Assembly (NCBI RefSeq): GCF_001194135.2
Contig: NC_068984.1
Location: 57,682,334-57,732,243 of the forward strand
Reading direction: 5' to 3'
From: Octopus bimaculoides
Taxonomy: Eukaryota
DNA length: 49,910 nucleotides
The position numbers were made by a program, and so were the translations under genes. The stretch's first letter is position 1. Every line of letters starts with the position of its first letter. Below, piece after piece: positions 13,701 to 26,300 of the stretch. The notes below the pieces were generated by a model that was not told the origin of the DNA, ran no database searches, and saw only the letters and a list, made by a program, of their open reading frames with translations.

Positions 13701-16700
13701 TGGTGGTGGTGGTGGTGGTGGTGGTATGGTGGTGGTAGTGGTGTACCTCATTGAGATTACAGTCAGTATGTATTATTTTCTAGATGTAGTCTTTAACAAA
13801 ACTCTATTCGAAAATAACTTCAATATGAATTATAGTAGCAAAAATACCAAAGAATTGTACTCCTGTCCAAAAAACGAGAGCTCTCCCAACTACTTAATTA
13901 CATGAAAATTGATATAAGATTCGGCCCGCCTCACCAACTAACAGATTTCCTTCCAGTGGCATGTGATATACAGAAAATATTCTGTTAAGGGCCTTGATTA
14001 AATTAACGTCTTCACACTACTCCAGATCCTCCCTATCTTATCAATATCCTAAACACTCTGTACTTTAGTTGTTTGTTAATATAAAACAGCATTGAAAACG
14101 AAGTAGCTCAACTTGCAACACTTGTTGCTGATTTCATACAAGCTTCCTTCATCTGAAGTTTTAGATCCGTGGAAGTATTAGCTATAGTTGCTGACGAACA
14201 CAAAATAAGATATTTTCTTTTCTTGCCATTCTTACAGAGAAAGGTAGTAGATTATACTCTAGTGGGGTAGGATGGTACAACTTTTGAAACAAATATATGA
14301 TAGTGGTGCTTCGGCTATCGCCTAGTTTAAATAAATACCCACTGTGCAAGCTAAGAAGGGACTTCCTACGCCAAGATTTCACAACAGTGCTGATTTCGGC
14401 CCCGTGAGAGCATAAATTAGTCCTGAGGATACAAGTCGGACGAAATTTGATTAAAGCAGACAGTTTATCCAGACAACGATTAAGATTAAATTATTGTCGA
14501 ATTGTCCATCGAGATTTTAAAACACGTTTTAGAGTCTGTTTTATTCTGTCGATGACCTTAAAAGGAAATAATCGATAAGAAGTGCAGTGAAGCGAAATCA
14601 TCATCTAAAGCATTCTGTACCAACTTGATCACGGTTACGCATCAGCGCTCACCTCTTACCTAATGAGAAACGTTAGTGGGGATTATTTTCTATGATAAAA
14701 CCATCCTTGTGTTATTGCTTACTATCTTCTTGTGCTATAAAGTTTCTTAATTTTTATGTTTAAGCTTTGTTTCGAGTACAGAGACAATGTCTTCATTCTC
14801 ACATTTCTAGTCTCGCTATATAGCTGCTGGGGATGGGGAGGAGCTGTCAGCCCCAGACGACGCTTTTGGGGACGGCACTTTAGAGACCGTTGCATAAAAC
14901 TGTATAGGCTTAGGGAGCCTGGGTGGTGTGAAACTCAAGGGCTGCCCCAGGCGGTACACACTCTAGATACACCACTATAATCACTTAATTCAGTTACTCA
15001 ATTAGTGATTATGCTCCACTTTCTTATATGATAAAAATTCATAAATAATGAGTACTGACATAATTATAAATGTAAATTTGCTTAGAAAATGTTACAAGGC
15101 TCAAAGTGAGGAATGCAAAATTGTTGTACATCTTGAGAATGAGGCTATTTTAATTTAGACATCTACCGCTAAAATCTTTATTGAATTATTTTTAGTCTGC
15201 TTTTATTTCAAGCAACCAAACTGGCGTCGTTAATTACTTTAAAAAAAAACTTAAATGATTCACAAGATTGTGATAAAATGGCATCTTCTATAACAAATTT
15301 GAAAACATAGCTGTTATCACACATAGTTAGATATTTTTATTTGAAGATTGGGTGAAAAGGTCAAAACTGTGTGTTGGAGGTTGAAGGTTTTGTATACCAG
15401 CAAAATACCAGCCAACTCCAGAGCTTTTCTAATTTTACATCTAAACCGTTTACAAAGGTAAAGTATTTAAAAATATTTTTAGTGTAGTCAACTTTTTATC
15501 GCAATTACATAATATACAAGTCTCCTTATTTATATGAAATGGAGCGAAGGAAAAGTGCCGCCTATATCATGGTTAAAGCCTATTTTATGGTCTTATTGCC
15601 TTCTCAATCCAAAAACTTATTGAATCGTATGCTTATCATTGAAAATCTATCTTCATGTAATGCGTCTACAGCAAGTCAACTTGGTCGACCTCAGAACATT
15701 CTGAGTTATACTCGCAGCAGGAATTAAACTCTTACTGTGAGTCGTTTCTGTCGTGAACAGATTGGTAGACAGAGCCATTTGGAACTAACGACACAGTACG
15801 AAATCCACGAGCCTTTTGGTTGATAGTCATACCATTTTTTCAATAGATGTCTTGGTTCTGCAAAACTTTTTTTTTTTTTAGTGATAAATTATTCCCTCAT
15901 TATTTTCGGGAAAATATTCAGAAAGAAATTCATATTTGATTTCAAACACAAAAAAAAAAATTATATGTAATAACCAAAGTAGATGCTTTACTGTATCTAA
16001 AGTGGCATCGAGTATTCTGAGTTAACTCAAGTAGAAGTCTTTCATCCGTCCAACACTGAAAATATACACTAGTAAATTAGATCGAGACACTCGATTATAC
16101 ATACTTTAAAGAAATATTTATACACCAAGAAATCGTAGAAGAATGTCAGTATGTGAAGTTAGATTAGATGAATTCATCTCTTCATATTTACAACTAGCTA
16201 ATGTTGTTCTATTTTAGGGGAACGTCCTCTTCTTAATCTACATACTGATAGTACTATTTAACCAACTGCAAGCTCATCCAAATGAACCTCATGATTATAG
16301 GTAAGTTCAGTAAATTGTTATTTTTACGCCTACACCCGTACATTTCTTGAGTTTTTATTTTTCAAATTTGTACATCACAAAATTTATATTTTAGCAGGTT
16401 AATATTTTCATTATTACATCCTTTTCTAATTCCGCCGAGGTCGACTTTGCCTTTCATCCTATAAAATAAGTACCAGTTTAGTGCTGGGGTTGATGTAATC
16501 GACTTGTTACCTCCCCCGAAATTACTGGCCTTGTGCCAAATTTTGAAACCGTTATTATTTTCTTACTTCATGACAGTTTGATAGCAAAGTCAGGAGGGCG
16601 CTGTACAAAAGGCCTAATTGTATTTAGTTATGTCCCTTTACATTCTAAATCCAAATCTTCCGCCGCCCTTGACTTCACTTTCCATTTCTATGAGATCGAT

Positions 16701-19364
16701 TTAAGAAAAAGTATAAGTAATTTATAACATAGGTAAAATCGATCGGTATGTTAATGTAAAAAAAGAATTACATGCATACTACTACTGCGTATTATCAGCT
16801 TGCTTATGTACTAAGTGTTTTTCAAAACGCAACATATGGTAACTCTTTCACTGCTCAAATAAAGCCATTTTGAATAGCAGTAACCCAGATCGAATATTTT
16901 GTTACCTGAAACTCGTTACTTAATTTCAAGGGCTGTCTAGAACAACACACGCTCAAGCTACGCCACTGCTTCCTAAATTCCTAAAATAAAAGATGGAATG
17001 ATCATGACTTGAGCGCCTTGACTAGAAGTCTGTTTGATCAGCAAAGAAACAGCTTGTCAGTTTAGGTGTGTGCCAGCATATACCATTTAACCATTTGATA
17101 TGCAAGTGTTATTGTGCATGCAAATGTTCATAATCTTGTATATGACTTATAATTTTACTAACAATAAAGTTTACAAACAAAATGTAGGTTTATGAATGAA
17201 AAACATACTTTCTTAGTAACAACAGACAGCTAACCGTCACAGAAATTGAATCTATATACTGTTTTATGGATTTCAGTTATTACACTGCGCCATGCTGGGG
17301 TACCATTTTCAGAGTTTTAGTCGATCACATTGACTCTAATATTTATTTCAGTTTGATACTTATTTTATCGACCTCTATTTATCACATTTCTAGGTTACAC
17401 GCTTTCGCACAACACCAATTTTACATCAATAAATTATTCTCACACGCACGCACACACGCGCACGTGCACATATTTATACAGAGTCGTCTAAAAATCCATA
17501 AGTCAGAATTGAATATACACTTGTGTATTTGTCATTAGAGTGGCAGTATTATCAATTATTATAGATCCATTTCAGTCGATTTTATCAATCTGTTTTGCAC
17601 TGGATATTAGATAACCAGACATCAATATAACAGCACAGTTAAGTAACAACACGTGCTCTTCTGAAATGGCAGGGTTTTTTTCCATAAACGCCATCTGTAT
17701 ACCTGCACGGTTATTATATAACCGTGCTGTTATATAATATCCGGTTATTTAATACCTGGTGCGAAACCGATCGGTAAAATCGACTGAAATGCATCTATAA
17801 TACTGTTTACTTTGATTAATATATATTTACTTTGATTAATAATACAGTTCCCATTTAATAAATTCTACATGTAAGGTATTGGTCAACAGCGAGACTATAG
17901 TAAACGATACTTACTTCGGTATAGTGCAGTAACATTGAACCCGAAACCACTCAGTTGCGAAGTATATTGCTTAACCACACAGCTATGCTTGCTCCTGTAC
18001 ATATTTACAATTCAATTGAAAGTGTGATTAATAGCAGTAGAAAATTAATTTATTTCTATAAGTAGCTAATTGCAAGGTGACCTTTGCCGGCCACAATATA
18101 TTCTGAGAATATTGATTGAGAAATGAATTTGCTGAAGGTGTTGCCGAAGGAAAAGAACAGAGAAGTTTGCTTTCTACGTTGTGTACGTTAATTGTCCAAT
18201 TAACTTGTAGAAAATGCTACGTGTGCCTGTGTATATCTTTGTGTGTGTATGTGTGTGTGCGTGTGTGTGAGTTCGTGTATATTTATATATATATGTATAT
18301 ATATTTATATATATATGTATATATATAAATATACATATATATATATATATACAATTAAACCTTGGGAGAGGCATTATGCCGGTAATAAACACACGCACTG
18401 GTTCAGTCCTTTATTAATTTANNNNNNNNNNNNNNNNNNNNNNNNNNNNNNNNNNNNNNNNNNNNNNNNNNNNNNNNNNNNNNNNNNNNNNNNNNNNNNN
18501 NNNNNNNNNNNNNNNNNNNNNNNNNNNNNNNNNNNNNNNNNNNNNNNNNNNNNNNNNNNNNNNNNNNNNNNNNNNNNNNNNNNNNNNNNNNNNNNNNNNN
18601 NNNNNNNNNNNNNNNNNNNNNNNNNNNNNNNNNNNNNNNNNNNNNNNNNNNNNNNNNNNNNNNNNNNNNNNNNNNNNNNNNNNNNNNNNNNNNNNNNNNN
18701 NNNNNNNNNNNNNNNNNNNNNNNNNNNNNNNNNNNNNNNNNNNNNNNNNNNNNNNNNNNNNNNNNNNNNNNNNNNNNNNNNNNNNNNNNNNNNNNNNNNN
18801 NNNNNNNNNNNNNNNNNNNNNNNNNNNNNNNNNNNNNNNNNNNNNNNNNNNNNNNNNNNNNNNNNNNNNNNNNNNNNNNNNNNNNNNNNNNNNNNNNNNN
18901 NNNNNNNNNNNNNNNNNNNNNNNNNNNNNNNNNNNNNNNNNNNNNNNNNNNNNNNNNNNNNNNNNNNNNNNNNNNNNNNNNNNNNNNNNNNNNNNNNNNN
19001 NNNNNNNNNNNNNNNNNNNNNNNNNNNNNNNNNNNNNNNNNNNNNNNNNNNNNNNNNNNNNNNNNNNNNNNNNNNNNNNNNNNNNNNNNNNNNNNNNNNN
19101 NNNNNNNNNNNNNNNNNNNNNNNNNNNNNNNNNNNNNNNNNNNNNNNNNNNNNNNNNNNNNNNNNNNNNNNNNNNNNNNNNNNNNNNNNNNNNNNNNNNN
19201 NNNNNNNNNNNNNNNNNNNNNNNNNNNNNNNNNNNNNNNNNNNNNNNNNNNNNNNNNNNNNNNNNNNNNNNNNNNNNNNNNNNNNNNNNNNNNNNNNNNN
19301 NNNNNNNNNNNNNNNNNNNNNNNNNNNNNNNNNNNNNNNNNNNNNNNNNNNNNNNNNNNNNNNN

Positions 19365-19435
<71 letters not shown>

Positions 19436-20271
19436 TGTGTGTGTGCGCGCGCACAATATCCTTTCCAGGATGGGTCGAAACGATCATTGCGTTGAATAAA
19501 GATCCGTATCAAGTTCATTTTCCGTTTCCTTCATCAGTTACACACACACATACATGCGTACGTATGTATGTATGTATGTATGTATGTATGTATGTGTGCA
19601 TACATATATATACATATATAAGCATGCATATGTATAACGTACGGACATATCTGTATGTTAGACGCAATAGAGCTAAATGTTTAAAAAAGTTCGCTCCGCA
19701 AGTGCAAACTCCCAGGTTCGGTCTCATTGCATGGTATCTTGTACAAGTGCCTTTTATTATAGCCTCGAGTCCAGCTGAGCTTCAATGAAACAGGATAGAC
19801 GGAAACTCCACGGAAGTCAGCCGAATACATTACACCCATAATTCAATGCAACAGCTTTGTCATTCAGTATCGTGCTGATTGTGTTTGTGCGGTAATACGT
19901 TAAGAGTATGAGTGTCGGTGGATTATACAACCACTTATATATGATTCAATGAGTAGGCAGTTCGATTAATCAAACAATAGGAATACTCGTTCTGAAAACC
20001 GATAGAAATTAATTGATTCTGTGTCTATGTGTTCATATGTGAGTGTATATTTGGGTATATGGGGCGTATTTTTTGTGTGTGTATACGTTTGTATGTGCAT
20101 GTAAGTGTGGGTATATGCAGAAGTGTGTGTATGTACATGTATATGTGAGTATATGTAGATGTGTGTGTATGTGAATGTATGTGTATGCATATATACGTGT
20201 GCAGGTATGTGTGTGAGAAAGAGAGACAGCGAGCGAGAGAGAGAGCAAGAAAGAGGGAGAGAAAGAGAGAG

Positions 20272-20306
<35 letters not shown>

Positions 20307-20316
20307 NNNNNNNNNN

Positions 20317-20362
<46 letters not shown>

Positions 20363-23300
20363 ATGACTGCAAGTTGACAGAGTCGTCAAAACGTCGGATA
20401 GAAATGCCTTGCAGTATTTATTCCAGCTCTCCATGTTCTGTGTTCAAATCCAGCAAAAGTTAGTTTTACCTTTCGTCTTTTCAGAATCGATGAACAATGC
20501 ACCAGTTCGGATTGGTAGGTTAACGAAATTGCTGGGGCGTCAGACAAGATTTCTTGCCGTATCTGTTAATTCTTTATGCTCTTAGTTCAAATTCTACCTC
20601 ATGCTGCTGCTAATCTTTCGTAACAGGAAATTGGTGGTGATTCTGGCAGTGAGGCGGTAGCTTTTTTTTGAGGTGGTGGGAACTTAGCTAACAGTGATAT
20701 GTCTTAAATTTTAGATGGAACAAAGCGTTAATTGGTTAGCATCAATGTTAAAAGATACCGGACACTGCACCGAAAAGAAACTTACACGAGAACAGTCATG
20801 GACAAATTGCGGCCTGCAGGTCTTTCTGAATGGCACACATAGCGAATAACTAACTTGATTTTTTTCTTTTTTGTTTAGTAGTGTTCCTCACCCGATGATG
20901 AGAGTGGAGATTTTATTCACATCCGAAAACTTTTTTATTTAAAAGTTTTTTTACAGCATATACATCTGACCTACATACGTTTCGACTGCAGTAACTGCAC
21001 ATTGCTTTGGATGCAATTATGCATTCTAGTCGTTGCAATTTCATCACGGTTCCATAACTCACAACGTTTTCAAAGTAAACTGATTCAAACAAGCGTCCTG
21101 CGTTGGTATTCATTTGAAGATATAGCGTTACTGTTTATAGTCGATGGAATGCAGGTCTTATAATCACCTCTGCTGTCATTACAGTTGAAGTGCGTTTTTT
21201 AAAATGTTTATTCAGATCTCAGTCAATTGCAGCAGCCTTATTTACATGTTGTTGCATGGAGTACATTATTTATTCAGAGATATTTTACTTATTTTGCGTT
21301 TATACCTTCTGCGAGCTGGCAGAATCGTTAGCACACCAGAATCGTTAGCGGTATTTCGTCTGTTTTTATGTTCTGAGTTCAAATTCCGCCGAGGTCAACT
21401 TTGCCTTTCATCCTTTCGGGGTAATTGACTGGCCCCTCCCACAAAGTTTCAGGCCTTTACGGATAATAATTGGACCCGCAATTCATCTTCGGATTACTTC
21501 AATATTACCATGGGCTCATCAGGCTCAGCCCAGATTACCGACCGACCTTGTAGACCTTTTCCTTCTCCCCAAATAAAACAATACTTCTCCAACCTATCCG
21601 GCGGACTATATACAGATGACGCACTCCTTTCACCGACTGGATTATCTCGACCGTCAGTGGAACGCACCAAGAAAGACCTTCACAAATTCTTTAAAACTAC
21701 AACCTAAGTATTTCATTCGAAAGGTGAGGAATTTCTTAGACTTTACTCTCGACTGAAACACAAATCTATACCACTCTTTCCAAAAATTGAACCAATCTTT
21801 ACAATACATAAATGTCCTCTCTAATCACCTTAAACTTAGCCTTAATACCGTAGTCACAGACATATCTATCAGAATCTGCTAACGAAGAAATTTTTAACAC
21901 TCACACCCCTTATTATAATCAGGCCTTCCAAATAAGCAACTTCCATGAAAAAATCTCTTATATCCCCAACAGTAAGCTTCAAACTAAAATAGCACATCTC
22001 TTCCCCAATATTAACCTTGAATCTACGGACTCTACTTCCAGTCTTCACCAATCCAACAACTATGCAAAAAGAAAAAGCTCTACACATTGCACTCGACCGC
22101 ACCACTAGTCACCTCAATCCTATAACAACTACAAGCCCACACACACACACACACCTCCTTATCAGCCCACTGCAACCACAAACTCTAAACAATCTGAGGT
22201 CAGGAAGCGTGAAATTTTATCGTTTGCACCACTCTTCTCTCTCCAAGTTAAATCTCTATCTAAACTCTTCTTTAAAATTCTAAAATCTAATTTTCCACTA
22301 CAGTATAAATACTATCCCATCTTTAACAAATCATCTGTGAAAATTTCCTACTCCACCACACATAATCGCCTCCTCGAACAAACGCAAACTCTAACACCAG
22401 TTTTTTGAACACTTAAACTCTCACACTGCACCCCAAGTTAGCCCACATACTAGCAATAACACAATCCTTAATAACCCACCTCAGTTAAATAATACTAAAC
22501 TCAAGCCAACATGTCAGAATCCTATCTATGCGACAACATACACTAGCTCCAATACCACCTCTCAATCCAATACAAATGCAAATTACACCTTAGGTTCTCC
22601 CCCATTATCAACAAACCAACTAAGCTCAACCTCACTAGTAGTAAACCCCAACCACGGAGCAGGTAGAAAAACTTGCAACTGTCACGCATTTAAATTATGC
22701 CTTTTCGCAGGCTCCTGTCTGTGCAAAAATATGATCTATAAGTATTGTGTTCTAGCAAGGGTTTATATCGGCGGCACCGTAGATTTCAAGCGCTGCTACC
22801 GTGCACACATGAACTCTTTCACTAATCTAAACTCTAAATCATCTCCCTCCTTAGCAACGTTCATGCAGAACCTCAAATGGCAAAATATTCCATACACCCT
22901 GTCCTGATCCATAGTAAGTGGAGCTCCCCCATGCAAATATTGGCAAGTGTAAGTTATGTCTAAAAGAATCATTAACCATTCTTTGCCTTCACAACTCCTC
23001 ATTACTCAATAGATTCTCTGATGTTATTTATTCTTGTAAATACAGGTACTACTCAACTTTCACGCACTTCGCTAAATCTATATAATTCTATAAGTTTCCA
23101 TACCTAAAAGCCTTAATCTAAAACAAAGTCAGCCTTGTAACATACTACTTAATAAATACTAACACCCCCACCTTATTCCTTCCTATACATACATCTCAAA
23201 TTTCTTCCAAATCTTCAAATCAACCACTTCCACTTTCCTCTTAACCTTCCCACATTCTTAGCGGTATTTTGTCTGCCGTTACATTCTGAGTTCAAATTCC

Positions 23301-26300
23301 GCCGAGATCGACTTTGCTTTTCGTCCTTTCAGGGTCGATTTAAATAAGTACCAGTTACGCATTGAGATCAATGTAATCGACTTAATCCCTTTGTCTGTCC
23401 TTGTTTGTCCCCTCCATGTTTAGCTCTCTGTGGACAATAAAGAAATAAATATTTGACGATATAATGATTGAAATTAGCAAATTTAAACAGTTGATTTGTA
23501 GCTGTGTGAAAGGATAAATCGCGCAAGAAACTAGGTAATTCTGCATTCTATGTCCTTAGGCATTGCTAAGGTACACACAATTTTTCAGAAATCTATAAGA
23601 GGAAGATGTTAATGTTTGATTCTAGAAACACGTTTGAATAGCTAAATCATCAATTTCATAAACACAGTTTAAAGCAAGCTGATTACATCAACCTCAGTAT
23701 TTAACTAGTGCTTATTTTATTGACCCCGAAAGGATGAAAGGCAAAATTGACCCCGGTGAAACTTGACTCGGAATGTAAAGAGCCGGAAGAAATGTTGCTA
23801 AGCATTTTATCGGACAAGCTAACGGTTCTACTAGCTCACTTCTTTCTGTAAGATAATAAATGACTTTAAGCATTTACATATTCAGTTTCGCTTACCCGGG
23901 ATATCAAAGTCTGTATTTTTATATTCTCAGATTGTTTTGATTTCGTTATCAATTCTGCTAGATTATGTGTACCTAATACCAAAGACCGCCGTTAGAGCGG
24001 ATAGTTTCGTAGTAGTGAACATAACAGTCCTTTGACAATATATTCTGAATCATCTAAGGCGGCGAGCTGGCAGAAACGTTTGCATGCCGGGCGAAATGCT
24101 TAGTGGTATTTCGTCTGCCGTTACGTTCTGAGTTCAAATTCCGCCGAGGTCGACCTTGCCTTCCATCCTTTCTGGGTCGATAAATTAAGTGCTAGTTACG
24201 CACTGGGGTCGATGTAATCGACTTAATCCCTTTGTCTGTACCTGTTTGTCCCCTCTATGCTTAGCCGCTTGTAGGCAATAAAGAAATAAGGAACATTAGC
24301 AAGCCGGGCGAAATGCTTAGCGGTATTTCGTCTGTCTTTACGTTCTGAGTTCAAATTCTGCCGAGGTCGACTTTGCCTTTCATCCTTTCGGGGTCGATAA
24401 ATTAAGTACCAGTTGAGTACTGGGTCGATTTAATCGACTCCCCCCTCCCCCAAAATTTCAGACCTTGTACCTTGAGTAAAAAAGAATATATTCTGCATCA
24501 TTAGATATCTGCTTAAAGATGTCACACACTAAACAATAAATCTGACGTTTAATAAAAGTGAAGAGCAAGAACATCACATGTCAGAGAGCAGTTTAAAAAG
24601 CAGTTGTTAATGATATTCACTATCTTTCCAGTTCATACCATTTCTTTATTCTAAAAACAAAATCGATATACCTTTTTTCTTCTTCCTTTTCATTCCAGAC
24701 GAACTCTGAAAGCTATTTTCATCATGATACCGCTGTTAGGACTCCAATTGCTATTTATCATCTACAAACCGCATACATACTTTCATGAACTCCTGTCAGT
24801 TATAATTGTCAATTCTCAAGCAAGTACTTCATTTGTGATATAATTAACCAACAATAAATTGCTCTCCCTATTAATTATCTGCCAGCAACAATTTAGAAAT
24901 TTCATTATGTCAGATAATTTGAATTATAAGAATAATATCAATTTTGAACTTTTGATAGCAGAAGACAAAGAATTCCAGGAAGTGAAAAAAATAAATATTG
25001 CAGCATGAGGCTAAAGATACTGTGGAAAATTAAAAGTAGAAATAATTCTTGCAGCATTAAGTGTTACTGGTTATTGTCTTGCATTATAAAAATAGTAAAA
25101 ATCTTCAAGGGGTTAAACTTTTCGAGGAGGAGGGGCTAATCAATTATATCGACCCCAGTACTCAGTTGGTTCGAATCTTCCAGTTTGCCGCTTTAATGAT
25201 ATAAATAATCGGATCTTTTCAGTTTCATTGGCAGATCGAGAAATTAATTTTTTGTAACTAAACACTTTCAAACTTCGGACACTGTGGTAGAATGTGTCAT
25301 ATAAAACATCTTTTACTCTTAGCGTTGTTGAGAAAAGTTATGTCCCTGTTATTTATGACATCGTTCGTGCGTTTGTACTGGTTTTAGCTTTAGGGTTTTA
25401 GGGTTAGGGTTGGGGTTGGGGTTGGTTTGGGTTTTAGNNNNNNNNNNNNNNNNNNNNNNNNNNNNNNNNNNNNNNNNNNNNNNNNNNNNNNNNNNNNNNN
25501 NNNNNNNNNNNNNNNNNNNNNNNNNNNNNNNNNNNNNNNNNNNNNNNNNNNNNNNNNNNNNNNNNNNNNNNNNNNNNNNNNNNNNNNNNNNNNNNNNNNN
25601 NNNNNNNNNNNNNNNNNNNNNNNNNNNNNNNNNNNNNNNNNNNNNNNNNNNNNNNNNNNNNNNNNNNNNNNNNNNNNNNNNNNNNNNNNNNNNNNNNNNN
25701 NNNNNNNNNNNNNNNNNNNNNNNNNNNNNNNNNNNNNNNNTCAGATACACTCGTTTATTCATACGAACGTAACTGAGATGAAATATGTCATAAATAACAG
25801 TGACAAACGAAATATACACCGCCGATAGTTGTTGACAAACAATAGCAGTAATTTTATTCAGCTGAATACACGTCATTGATTGGTTGAAATTACCGAAATA
25901 CGACAACCTTAACACGAAATAACTTCGTAAATAGAAACTTTTCTCAACAACGCTAAGAATAAAAGATGTTTTATATGACACATTCTACCAGTGTCCGAAG
26001 TTTGAAAGTGTTTAGTTACAAAAAATTAATTTCTCGATCTGCTCTAGGTATAAGGCCTGAAATTTTGCGGAGAGGGGGTTCGTCTATTACATTGACCAGT
26101 ACTCAACTGGTATTTATTTCATCGCCCCCGAAAGGCTACCGGCAAAGTCGACCACGGCGGAATATGAACTCAGAACGTGAAACCAGAAGAAATGCTGCTA
26201 AACCTTTTGTCCAACCTGCTAACGATAGTGCCTGCTCGCCACTTGAATCAACCTAATTGACTATATCATTTCCTATGTGTGCGTACGTGTGCGTGTGTAT

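Noticed and set aside
15240-15900. Mariner-like remnants here and at 46620-47000
   Set aside because: Similarity is too weak by eye; needs a tBLASTn or HMM search.
20960-21050. Possible hammerhead on the minus strand (GTGATGA ... GTC GAAACGTA)
   Set aside because: C3 is missing, stem II needs several reversions and stem I does not pair; unsupported.
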